Part shown: positions 1-9,001 of the stretch, piece after piece
Position numbering within the stretch: position 1 is the stretch's first letter
How the letters are laid out: every line of letters starts with the position of its first letter
Assembly (NCBI GenBank): GCA_965198235.1
Contig: OZ240248.1
Location: 4,960,001 to 5,024,000, forward strand
Direction: 5' to 3'
DNA: 64,000 nucleotides
Source of the DNA: Candidatus Poribacteria bacterium
Lineage (GTDB): Bacteria > Poribacteria > WGA-4E > WGA-3G
Position numbers and translations under genes: made by a program
Notes under the pieces: generated by a model
Seen by the model: only the letters and a program-made list of their open reading frames with translations
Database searches by the model: none
What the model was told of the DNA's origin: nothing

Positions 1-613
1 GGAACACGATGCGAACCTTTACTCTATTGATTCGCTGGAATTCCCAGAATATCCGGAAAAACTGGAGAGGGATGTGGCAAAGACAGGGCTCAGATCCGAG
101 ATGCTCTCCGGCATAGCCAATGTCGGTGGTTATCCGACTGCTATTGCGATTGGCGATGTCGGATTTATAGGCGGCACATGTGGCTCTGTCATCGGCGAAA
201 AGGTTACCCGATGTATTGAGCGCGCCCTTGAGAACAGGTTGCCTTTGGTGATCGTCTCCGTGAGTGGTGGGATGCGAATGCAAGAAGGCACGCTTGCCTT
301 GATGCAGATGGCGAAAACTGCCGCCGCTTGTGCTGAGTATGCTAAGTCGGGGGTCCTTTATATTTCCATTGTCACCGATCCAACGTTTGGCGGAGCGACC
401 GCCAGTTATACTTCACTCGGCGATGTGATTGTTGCTGAGCCGGGTGCGCGGATCGGCTTCGCGGGTCCGTTAGCCGTTGCCAGCCTCCGTGAGGAACTTC
501 CCGAAAACTTTCAGAAAGCAGAATCGTTGCTGGAACATGGATTCATTGACTCGATCGTTCACCGCGCCGATATGCGTCAGATGCTTATAAACCTGATTGC
601 CTTCGCCGCCTAA
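1..613 (+). CDS. accD: Acetyl-CoA carboxylase carboxyltransferase beta subunit, 5'-truncated by window edge
   Basis: Frame open from base 2 (EHDANLYSIDSLEFPEYPEKL...). Motifs SGGMRMQEG, LMQMAKT, DPTFGGATAS, AEPGARIGFAGP, FQKAESLLEHGFID. Confidence 0.93.
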   Translation, partial: EHDANLYSIDSLEFPEYPEKLERDVAKTGLRSEMLSGIANVGGYPTAIAIGDVGFIGGTCGSVIGEKVTRCIERALENRLPLVIVSVSGGMRMQEGTLALMQMAKTAAACAEYAKSGVLYISIVTDPTFGGATASYTSLGDVIVAEPGARIGFAGPLAVASLREELPENFQKAESLLEHGFIDSIVHRADMRQMLINLIAFAA

Positions 614-891
614 TGTATGGACCTGTCTTCTCTCTTTTTCCCCATCGAAAAAATAGAACTTGTGCCTTATACCGCAAATGGACTGATGAACGGGACATGA
701 AACCGTTAATAACTATGGACGTTAATAGAGATGTGTAATTATGACATAATTGCGTGGTGTAAAAAATCCGCGTGCGTCTAACGATCTTACACATTTCGCC
801 TTTGACGAGAGTTGCTAATACTGCATCGAAAACCGAGTATATCATATCGGTGCCCTTAGCAATTTGAATATACACAAAATAGGAATTAAAC

Positions 892-3177
892 ATGCCAAAG
901 TCACTCGTCGTTGTTGAATCGCCGGCGAAAGCGAAAACTATCAAAAAGATTTTAGGTAGGGATTACATTGTTGAATCCTCCGTTGGCCATATCCGCGACC
1001 TCCCACCGAAGGAGCTCGGTGTCGATATTGAGAATGCCTTTGCCCCCAAATATGTCTTGATTCGGGGAAAAGGGAAGGTCGTGAAATCCCTCCAAAGCGA
1101 AGCGCGTAAGGTTGATAATATCTATCTTGCAGCAGATCCAGATCGCGAAGGTGAAGCTATCTGTTGGCATCTTTTTGAGGAACTCAAAAAGACAAAGAAG
1201 CCCATCCACCGGATAACCTACAACGAAGTCACCAAAAACGCAATTTTAGAAGCAATCCAAAAACCGGGCGATATTGATATGGCACTCGTTGATGCGCAAC
1301 AGGCGCGGCGCGTCTTGGATAGGCTCGTTGGATACCAGATTAGCCCTATTTTGTGGCGTAGTGTCAAACCGGGTCTCAGCGCTGGGAGAGTTCAATCCGT
1401 CGCAGTACGACTTATTTGTGAGCGTGAAGCAGAAATTGAGGCGTTTAAACCAGAAGAATACTGGACGCTCACAGCAACATTGACACCGACCAAGATTCAG
1501 CATATCTTCCCCGCAAAGTTACATAAAATTGGGAAAAAGAAGGGCGAAATTAATAACTACGGGTTCCGTATAGACGCAGCGCGTGCCAAAGAACTCGCTG
1601 CAGACGCAAAGACACAGACATTTCTCGTTGAAAAAGTCCAAAAGCGGGAACGGAAACAGAAGCCTGTACCACCGTTTATCACGAGTACCTTACAACAGGA
1701 AGCGTCTCGGAAACTCCGTTTTGTTGCCAAGAGGACGATGCTTATTGCCCAGCAACTCTACGAGGGACTGGAGATTGGCAGCGAGGGATCAATCGGACTC
1801 ATTACCTACATGCGTACCGATTCGACACGGGTTGCCCAAGAAGCACTCCAGGCAGCGAGAGCGTACATTAAAACAACGTTTGGTGATGAATATTTACCCA
1901 ATCGTGCCGTTAATTACCGGAGTAAAAGAGGGGCGCAAGACGCACACGAAGCAATTCGTCCCACCGTGCCGTTGCGAACTCCCACAGACTTGAAGCCGTA
2001 TTTGAGTAATGATCAGCTTCGACTTTATGAACTCATTTGGATGCGGTTTATAGCGAGTCAGATGAATCCAGCTATTTTTGATGGGACAACAATTGATATC
2101 CAAGCAGGCACTTATCTCTTCCGCGCCACCGGTTCAGTCATGAAGTTTCAAGGGTTCAGACGCGTCTATATGGAGGGTAAAGATGACCCTGCTGCCGATG
2201 AGCGTGGATCAGACGAAGAGGATGTCAACTTACCCAATGTTAAAGAAGGGGATACACTCGATCTACGTAAATTAGAACCGAAACAGCATTCTACGCAACC
2301 CCCCCCTCGTTACGGTGAAGCCACGCTTGTCAAAATGCTGGAAGCGAAAGAGATTGGACGTCCGAGTACCTACGCCTCTATTCTGTCAACGGTTCAGGAC
2401 AGAGGATATGTAACCAAAGAACGCGGCAGGCTTCTGCCTACAGATGTTGGAAGGCTCGTTAACGAACTCCTGAAACATGGATTTCCCAACATCGTTGACG
2501 TTGAATTCACAGCAAGAATGGAGGATCAGCTTGATGTCATTGCTGATGGCAAAATTAAGTGGGTAGAGGCGTTAGGGCAGTTTTATCCCGCATTCCAAAC
2601 TGCGCTCAAGGAAGCCCCGGATAGGATGTACGAAGCCCGAAAGGCGATGGAAGAGCAATCGGACGAAAAGTGTGAAAAGTGTGGCGGAAATATGATTGTC
2701 AAATGGGGGAGATATGGGCGGTTTCTGGGCTGTGCCAATTATCCAGAATGTCAGAGTATCAAGCGTTTAACGACCACAGATGACGCTCCTACTGCGGAAC
2801 CGGAGCCGACCGATACTGCGTGTGAAAAGTGTGGTGAACCGATGGTTGTCAGAGTAAGTCGCGCCGGTGCAAAATTTTTGTCGTGTAGTGGATACCCAAA
2901 ATGCAAAAATGCGAAGCCGATTCCAATGGGGATTGACTGTCCGGAGCCTGATTGTGATGGCTACCTTGGTGAACGCCGTAGCCGACGTGGAAAGGTCTTT
3001 TATGGCTGCAGCAACTATCCGAAGTGTGAGTTCTCGACGTGGGATAAACCTGTGCCAGAGCCTTGTCCGAAATGCAGTGCGCCGCTTCTCGTTGAGAAGA
3101 CGGAAAAGGCAAAAGGGAGTGAAGTCGCAACCACGCGTCTTGCCTGTCACAGATCAGAGTGTGACTATACAAAATAG
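892..3177 (+). CDS. topA: DNA topoisomerase I (type IA) with C-terminal C4 zinc ribbons
   Basis: VVESPAKAKTI, DPDREGEAI, SAGRVQS, catalytic ITYMRTDS, GRPSTYASI, repeated CxxC zinc ribbons. Confidence 0.98.
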   Translation: MPKSLVVVESPAKAKTIKKILGRDYIVESSVGHIRDLPPKELGVDIENAFAPKYVLIRGKGKVVKSLQSEARKVDNIYLAADPDREGEAICWHLFEELKKTKKPIHRITYNEVTKNAILEAIQKPGDIDMALVDAQQARRVLDRLVGYQISPILWRSVKPGLSAGRVQSVAVRLICEREAEIEAFKPEEYWTLTATLTPTKIQHIFPAKLHKIGKKKGEINNYGFRIDAARAKELAADAKTQTFLVEKVQKRERKQKPVPPFITSTLQQEASRKLRFVAKRTMLIAQQLYEGLEIGSEGSIGLITYMRTDSTRVAQEALQAARAYIKTTFGDEYLPNRAVNYRSKRGAQDAHEAIRPTVPLRTPTDLKPYLSNDQLRLYELIWMRFIASQMNPAIFDGTTIDIQAGTYLFRATGSVMKFQGFRRVYMEGKDDPAADERGSDEEDVNLPNVKEGDTLDLRKLEPKQHSTQPPPRYGEATLVKMLEAKEIGRPSTYASILSTVQDRGYVTKERGRLLPTDVGRLVNELLKHGFPNIVDVEFTARMEDQLDVIADGKIKWVEALGQFYPAFQTALKEAPDRMYEARKAMEEQSDEKCEKCGGNMIVKWGRYGRFLGCANYPECQSIKRLTTTDDAPTAEPEPTDTACEKCGEPMVVRVSRAGAKFLSCSGYPKCKNAKPIPMGIDCPEPDCDGYLGERRSRRGKVFYGCSNYPKCEFSTWDKPVPEPCPKCSAPLLVEKTEKAKGSEVATTRLACHRSECDYTK

Positions 3178-3292
3178 CCATCGGCAGTCAGCAGTCGGCA
3201 GTCAGCAGAAATAGCCGATAGTCAGTCAATACGCCGAAAGCCGATGGTTTCCGATAACTATTCTTACTGACGGCTGAAAGCCGACAGCCATA
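3175..3292. repeat. Degenerate heptamer tandem repeats forming an imperfect inverted repeat
   Basis: cggcagt/cagcagt units followed by complementary ctgacgg/ctgaaag/ccgacag units between topA and ftsE. Confidence 0.6.
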
Positions 3293-3299
3293 AAAAAAA

Positions 3300-3947
3300 A
3301 TGATACAGTTGCACCAGGTTAGTTTCAGTTATGGAGAACTTAGCGTGCTTGAGAAGGTGAGCCTTCGCGTGGAGCGCGGTGAATTTGTGTTTCTCGTTGG
3401 TCCAAGTGGTTCTGGCAAGACAACACTATTGAGGCTGTTATATGCTGATTTAGACCCAATAGGCGGTGATCTGAGTGTAGTTGGACAACAACTTGCGAGG
3501 TTGGACAAAGTCAGTCTACCCTACTTTCGGCAGAAGATAGGGCTCGTCTTTCAAGATTTCAAGTTCTTAGAAAACAAGACAGTTCGAGAAAATTTGGCAC
3601 TGCCACAGCGACTGATAGGGACTCCAACGCAGTTGATTAAGGAAAATGTCGATAAACTCCTGAATCAGATGGGGTTATATCACCATCACAATGCGCTCCC
3701 ATCAGAAATATCTGGCAACGAGCGACGACGCCTTTCTATAACGAGAGCAATTATCAACAACCCTTTGTTACTGCTTGCGGATGCTCCCACAGAAGGCTTA
3801 GATTTGCGCCTTTCGCTTGAGGTGATGGCACTTCTTGATGCGCTTAACTTTCAGGGGATGACTATTTTCGTCTCCACGAGCGACCGAACCCTCGCCGAGA
3901 AATGTAATAAGCGGATTATTGAACTACGGGATGGCGGCATCCATTGA
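3300..3947 (+). CDS. ftsE: FtsE-like ABC ATP-binding protein with degenerate catalytic motifs
   Basis: Walker A GPSGSGKTTLL, LPYFRQKIGLVFQDFK, adjacent to ftsX. Walker B reads LLADAP and the H-loop reads VSTSD. Confidence 0.85.
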   Translation: MIQLHQVSFSYGELSVLEKVSLRVERGEFVFLVGPSGSGKTTLLRLLYADLDPIGGDLSVVGQQLARLDKVSLPYFRQKIGLVFQDFKFLENKTVRENLALPQRLIGTPTQLIKENVDKLLNQMGLYHHHNALPSEISGNERRRLSITRAIINNPLLLLADAPTEGLDLRLSLEVMALLDALNFQGMTIFVSTSDRTLAEKCNKRIIELRDGGIH

Positions 3948-4044
3948 GTGCGTGTGTCGCCGCGTCTTTAAATTGTTAGGCAAGGCTTCTGCGCCGTACT
4001 ATGGTTCGTTCCCACTGTCGCGAGTGTAAAAAAACACACGAAAA

Positions 4045-4902
4045 ATGCGTTATCACCTTAAGAATGCCATATCCCATATAGCCCGTGCCGGCAGTGCAAG
4101 TGTGATGAGTTTCTTTGGCATCGGTTTCATCACTGTTTTACTTGCTACTTTACTGTTGAACCATTCATTTATATTACAGCAGTCTGAGTTTAAAAGCCAT
4201 GCCCCTACCCTTATCGCGTTTCTAAAAGATACTGTTGATGAGTCAGCCGGACGCACCTTGGTGAGCCAGATAGAAAAAAATGGACAGGTGCTCGCCGTCA
4301 ATTATGCTTCAAAGGCAGAAAGCCTCGCCCGCGGTGAGACCCAGTTCCAGGATTTGGGTATCCTCATTAAAGAGGCATTCGCGGAGACCAGAGGCGTAAA
4401 CCCATTTCCGGCATCCCTCAAAATTTATGTAGACGAAGACTTGATAACGCGTAAAACTTTAGAGCAGATTGTGTTGGGCATTAAAGCGCACAGCGAAATT
4501 GAGGATGTGCTCTTGACGGGGCAGGGTCAGTTGAAGGATCGTTTACGCGATTCAGAGCGTACGACTTTCATCGCCATCGGAATAGCAGTTGTCGTTATCT
4601 GGTTCATTATCGGTTCTGTTATTAACAAAACAGCGATTGCCCGCACAGAGGAGATAGCCCTCATGAAACTCCTCGGCATGTCCCGCCATTATCTCTTCGC
4701 TCCTTTTGTTATTCATGGGCTTTTCCTTGGCAGTTTTGGCGCATTGTGTGGACTTGGCTGCTTTTACGGAATGTTTTATATATTCAAATCTCAATTAGGG
4801 GCGGTCGATTTCCTTACGATCTATCAGTCTATTCTGATTGTTGTCGGTGAAATGATAGTTGGGCTCCTTGCCGGTTTTGTCGCGCAACGGAAGTTTGCGT
4901 AG
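4045..4902 (+). CDS. ftsX: FtsX-like permease
   Basis: N-terminal TM, periplasmic domain with NPFPASL, motif RTEEIALMKLLG...PFVIHG, three C-terminal TMs. Confidence 0.85.
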   Translation: MRYHLKNAISHIARAGSASVMSFFGIGFITVLLATLLLNHSFILQQSEFKSHAPTLIAFLKDTVDESAGRTLVSQIEKNGQVLAVNYASKAESLARGETQFQDLGILIKEAFAETRGVNPFPASLKIYVDEDLITRKTLEQIVLGIKAHSEIEDVLLTGQGQLKDRLRDSERTTFIAIGIAVVVIWFIIGSVINKTAIARTEEIALMKLLGMSRHYLFAPFVIHGLFLGSFGALCGLGCFYGMFYIFKSQLGAVDFLTIYQSILIVVGEMIVGLLAGFVAQRKFA

Positions 4903-5008
4903 CAGTCCACACCTATCACACAAGCGCAACCAACGGGCTCGCTGGATATACGGAACGGAACACCTTTGGCTCTTATACCCTAACCGAACCGCAAGGAAAA
5001 TTAAAAAG

Positions 5009-6901
5009 ATGACAAATCGTGAGATCAGTGCTGTGTTCAGAGCCATCGGATCTCTTTTACAAATCCGCGGTGATGATGCATTTCGTGCGCGAATTTATGA
5101 ACGGGCAGCCGATATAATTGAAGAATTCCCCGATGAATTGGTTTCCAAAGATTCCCAACAAAGCACATCGGGTTATAATAGGGAAGCAGTAGAAAGACTC
5201 CGAGCTACACCCGGCATTGGGAAAGCCATTGAAGACAAGACCGTTGAAATGTTGGAAACCGGACGCTGCAAATTCTATGATGAACTCACCGCAGAAATGG
5301 GAACAGAGATTCTTGAATTGCTCAATCTCCGGGGGGTTGGTGTAAAAACCGTTGGAAGATTCTATCGGGAACTCGGGATCAGGAATCTTGAGGATCTCCG
5401 AGTATTGATTGAAAGCGGACAGATAAGGAACATGAAGGGCATCGGACGGAAAACGCTCCAGATGATAACTGAGAGTTTGGCGTTTCAGGCAGAACAAAGG
5501 AACAAACGTCCGCTATGGCGAATTTTACCCACTGCCGAAGACATTTCCGATCATCTGACGCTATTGATAGATGGCGGCTGGATAAAACGCTACCAATTTA
5601 CAGGTGATTTACGGCGGCATGAAGAGGTTTGTCAAAGTGTAGAGTTGATTGTTGAATGCGAAGATGAAGGAACGTTTCAGTTTGAAAGCGGCATCGTGCC
5701 TGCGCCGCTACAATCAATTCTTGAGCCCCTAAACGCTATTAAAACGACGCAGACCCAGATTGTTTTCAAAACGGACAGTCAGATTCAGTACGTATATGAC
5801 AGCGACAGCCCCAACTTTAATAAAAGACTCATTGAAAAAAGTCCGCGCGAACCGACAGGCGATGTGCGCGACACGCTACCCGTAATTCAATTCTATATTG
5901 ACAGAGATTTTCCGGTATCTGTCTATCTATGTACTGCTGCCACCTACGAAGCGACTCTTTTCTTGACAACCGCGACAGACGCGCACATTGACGCGCTTTC
6001 TGATAACAGTTTTCTGAATCCGACCGGCTTTTGGCATGAAACGCGCGATATGACGGAAGCAGGAATTTATGAAAAACTCGGGATCTCCTATATTCCATCA
6101 GAACTTCGACAGGACAGTGCTTCGATTGAAGCCGCTAAAGAGGGTACTTTGCCAAAACTCGTTGAGTTTACCGATTTACGAGGGGACTTACACGCACATA
6201 CCGATTGGAGTGACGGACGGCATACGCTCCAAGATATGGTGGCGGCGGCGAAAGCAGAGAGGCTTGAGTACTTCGCTATCACTGACCATTCTGTCTCGTC
6301 TACCGTTGCAAATGGTTTAGATCGAGAACGACTTCTGGAACAGATGGCGCGAGTTCGTGAATTGGATGCAAAGGTTGAGGGTATCACAGTCCTCGCAGGT
6401 TCCGAGGTAGATATTCGACGGTACGGCGAGCTGGATTATCCCGATGAAGTTTTAGAACAACTCGATATTGTCGTCGCAAGCGTTCACAGCCATTTCACGC
6501 TAACCGAAGCGGAGATGACTCGGCGCATCGTTCGCGCGATCGAAAATCCGTTTGTCAACATCATCGGTCATCCGACGGGTAGAATGCTCGGACGTAGGCC
6601 GATGTATCCTCTGAATCTTGAGGAGATTATTGAAGCCGCCGCAGAGAATAAGACGGTTTTAGAAATTAACGGCTCGCCGAACCGATTGGATCTCGACCCT
6701 GAATTTGTGCGCATGGCAAAAAAAGCAGGTGTGCTATTGGCAGTCAACACGGATGCGCATGCCATCGGGCAACTCGCGCACCGTCAATCTGGATTAAATG
6801 TTGCCCGTCGCGGGTGGTTGACGAAAACCGAAGTCATCAACACATATACCTTAGAAGAATTGCGCGAGAAATGTTTTTTTAATTTAGCGCCAAGCGTGTA
6901 A
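5009..6901 (+). CDS. polX: PolX/PHP family protein (helix-hairpin-helix, degenerate polymerase domain, PHP exonuclease domain)
   Basis: Start moved to ATG 5009 (MTNREI). FRARIYERAA, PGIGKAI, GVGVKT, YIPSELR, PHP motifs DLHAHTDWSDG, ITDH, GHPTGR, NTDAH. Confidence 0.92.
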   Translation: MTNREISAVFRAIGSLLQIRGDDAFRARIYERAADIIEEFPDELVSKDSQQSTSGYNREAVERLRATPGIGKAIEDKTVEMLETGRCKFYDELTAEMGTEILELLNLRGVGVKTVGRFYRELGIRNLEDLRVLIESGQIRNMKGIGRKTLQMITESLAFQAEQRNKRPLWRILPTAEDISDHLTLLIDGGWIKRYQFTGDLRRHEEVCQSVELIVECEDEGTFQFESGIVPAPLQSILEPLNAIKTTQTQIVFKTDSQIQYVYDSDSPNFNKRLIEKSPREPTGDVRDTLPVIQFYIDRDFPVSVYLCTAATYEATLFLTTATDAHIDALSDNSFLNPTGFWHETRDMTEAGIYEKLGISYIPSELRQDSASIEAAKEGTLPKLVEFTDLRGDLHAHTDWSDGRHTLQDMVAAAKAERLEYFAITDHSVSSTVANGLDRERLLEQMARVRELDAKVEGITVLAGSEVDIRRYGELDYPDEVLEQLDIVVASVHSHFTLTEAEMTRRIVRAIENPFVNIIGHPTGRMLGRRPMYPLNLEEIIEAAAENKTVLEINGSPNRLDLDPEFVRMAKKAGVLLAVNTDAHAIGQLAHRQSGLNVARRGWLTKTEVINTYTLEELREKCFFNLAPSV

Positions 6902-7023
6902 TCAGTATCTTTAGCCAATCACGGGTGTCTTATAAAATCCGCAATGCTGCCGTTGTTGCATTGCTACTGGCTTTGTTGAATAAGAAGAAATAGGACGCGC
7001 TCGTGAAAGGCACACCTACGTTG

Positions 7024-8982
7024 TTATTCTAAAGCCACAAGTTGGGTCAAATGCCAATTTGGATCCTCTAACGCCTCGTAAACGACACCACCCTCCACGT
7101 TGTTAGGCATCGGAAGCCCCAATAGATAACAGAGCGTAGGCGTGACATCAACAACGCGGACCTGCCGCTGCAACGCAACCCCTTGTCGGACCCCGGCACC
7201 CGATAGAATAAATGTAGAGTGCTGCCCGCCGATACCGAAACTCACGGAGGGCAATTGCTTGCCGTGCGCACCATCGAACTCCGGTCGAAGTGCATAGACG
7301 ACATCGCCGACTAAATCGCTGTGTAAATTAAACATCTCTGCATCTGCCCGCGTCACGGCTAACGTAAAGGGGTGTCGTCCGGTCTCTTCGTCCTTGTAAG
7401 TATGCAATGCTGCGATAAGTTCACGTTGCGTTGCTTCATAGTCTTCAGGGGCAACGATTCCATTCGGTTCGCGTCCCGCTAAGTTGATGAAGATATGCAC
7501 TAATCCGACATTGACTGCCCGTGTTTTTGTCCAGTCTATCGCCCCGTTTCCGTCTTTAACGATGAATCCTGTTTCTTCCAGTACCTCTTCAATGTCAACG
7601 GCGCGGAATTGGTTAGGCGTGCCGCCGTGGTCGGAACAGACGAGAACAACGGTATCTTCATCCGCTTGTTCCATCAGTTGCCCAATCATCCGATCTACAG
7701 ATTCATACGTCCGTCGCAAACCCTCAAGACACCGGTGCATTGTCTCTGGTGCTGCGCCGCTGATTTCATCTGCTTGGCTGAGGAAGAAATGGCTGGCGTA
7801 GTCCGGGGCATGGCTTTCCACCATTAGAACATCCCAGTCGTTGTTTTTTGCGAGGTGAGTTGCAACATCGGCGAGACGTTGGTGGTGGTATTCAAGTACC
7901 TCAAAATAGGTATCATCATCCATTTGTCCAAGCGCATCGCGAGCCGGATTTTGAAGGAATGAACCGATTTCAGTGTCAATCGTGGTGGCGATTGTATCTG
8001 GAACCGTGTACCCTTCTCTCGGCCAAATTTGTGGGACGAAGAGTTCAAAAGCGTCCGCTGTTTCGGTGAGCGTCACGAGTTTCATTCGGACGTAACCTTC
8101 CACTTCAGTCGCATCAATTTCAAACGTATCCAGCCACCACTCGCTCCATTCACCGGGACCCAGATCTGCAACGGAGTCGTCTCCAGATCTGCTCCGACAG
8201 ATTCGCACTCGGTCATAGCCGTTATCACCAGAGGCATAAATCAATCCATAAAATGGTTTTGGAATACGTGTTTCATCAGAGGCTTCATCTCTGGAATAGA
8301 TTGAAGGCATTACATCTTCTCTGCCACGCGCCAAAGGTCGGACGGTAAGTTCAACCTCCCGCACGGGTTCTGTGGAGTCAGGCAGAGCATCCCATTCTCC
8401 ATTCTCAACCGATTCAATAGTGACTGGATCAATGTGTTGAACGCCCTGTAGCGCGCTCGGATCGAGGGTCTCAGGATCGCGCTGTCCGCCGATAGGGCGC
8501 GCTGCCCATTTTCCTGCGACAAAGAGATGATACCCAGCAACCTGATGGTGGTTCGAGACCCCAGGTCCTGTTCCTTCGACCTGAATACCAGTCTTGACGG
8601 TGGGGGGCCAAGACATTTCCCATTTCACCAAAATCGGTTTTCCACCGACTCGTTCCACGAGATTCCAGAGGTATTCGGATTGACACAAACCTGTATTAAT
8701 ACCCCATACCGATTTGTCGAGACGTTCTCCGACAGCACGGATGTTAAAATCCATAACCTTATGTGTGCCGGGCCATGAGCCGGTAGAGAGCGCAGTCCAG
8801 CCTGGCGGGGTCAGTGTCGGGAATACTCCAATCATCGGTCGGTAAACGCCTGTTTGGGCTAACTTCGCCATATTCGGAGTATGTCCCCAATCAATCATGT
8901 TCTTGACCAGTTCCATGCTTGCGCCATCCATCCCGATAATGATTGCACGTTTCGCAGGAGCACTTTGAGTGCGTTTTGCCAT
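7024..8982 (-). CDS. Alkaline phosphatase superfamily protein (nucleotide pyrophosphatase/phosphodiesterase type)
   Basis: Start at ATG 8982 after GGAGA. IIIGMDGA, PTLTPPGWTALSTG, VCSDHG, RVVDVTPTL. Confidence 0.85.
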   Translation of the reverse strand: MAKRTQSAPAKRAIIIGMDGASMELVKNMIDWGHTPNMAKLAQTGVYRPMIGVFPTLTPPGWTALSTGSWPGTHKVMDFNIRAVGERLDKSVWGINTGLCQSEYLWNLVERVGGKPILVKWEMSWPPTVKTGIQVEGTGPGVSNHHQVAGYHLFVAGKWAARPIGGQRDPETLDPSALQGVQHIDPVTIESVENGEWDALPDSTEPVREVELTVRPLARGREDVMPSIYSRDEASDETRIPKPFYGLIYASGDNGYDRVRICRSRSGDDSVADLGPGEWSEWWLDTFEIDATEVEGYVRMKLVTLTETADAFELFVPQIWPREGYTVPDTIATTIDTEIGSFLQNPARDALGQMDDDTYFEVLEYHHQRLADVATHLAKNNDWDVLMVESHAPDYASHFFLSQADEISGAAPETMHRCLEGLRRTYESVDRMIGQLMEQADEDTVVLVCSDHGGTPNQFRAVDIEEVLEETGFIVKDGNGAIDWTKTRAVNVGLVHIFINLAGREPNGIVAPEDYEATQRELIAALHTYKDEETGRHPFTLAVTRADAEMFNLHSDLVGDVVYALRPEFDGAHGKQLPSVSFGIGGQHSTFILSGAGVRQGVALQRQVRVVDVTPTLCYLLGLPMPNNVEGGVVYEALEDPNWHLTQLVALE

Positions 8983-9001
8983 AAGATCTTCTCCTTGTTT
9001 G

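Noticed and set aside
4859-5008. N-terminal extensions in the ORF track (polX, also 8983-9207, 13933-14028, 50076-50249)
   Set aside because: They overlap neighbouring genes or intergenic repeats. Downstream ATGs fit family N-termini and ribosome-binding sites better.
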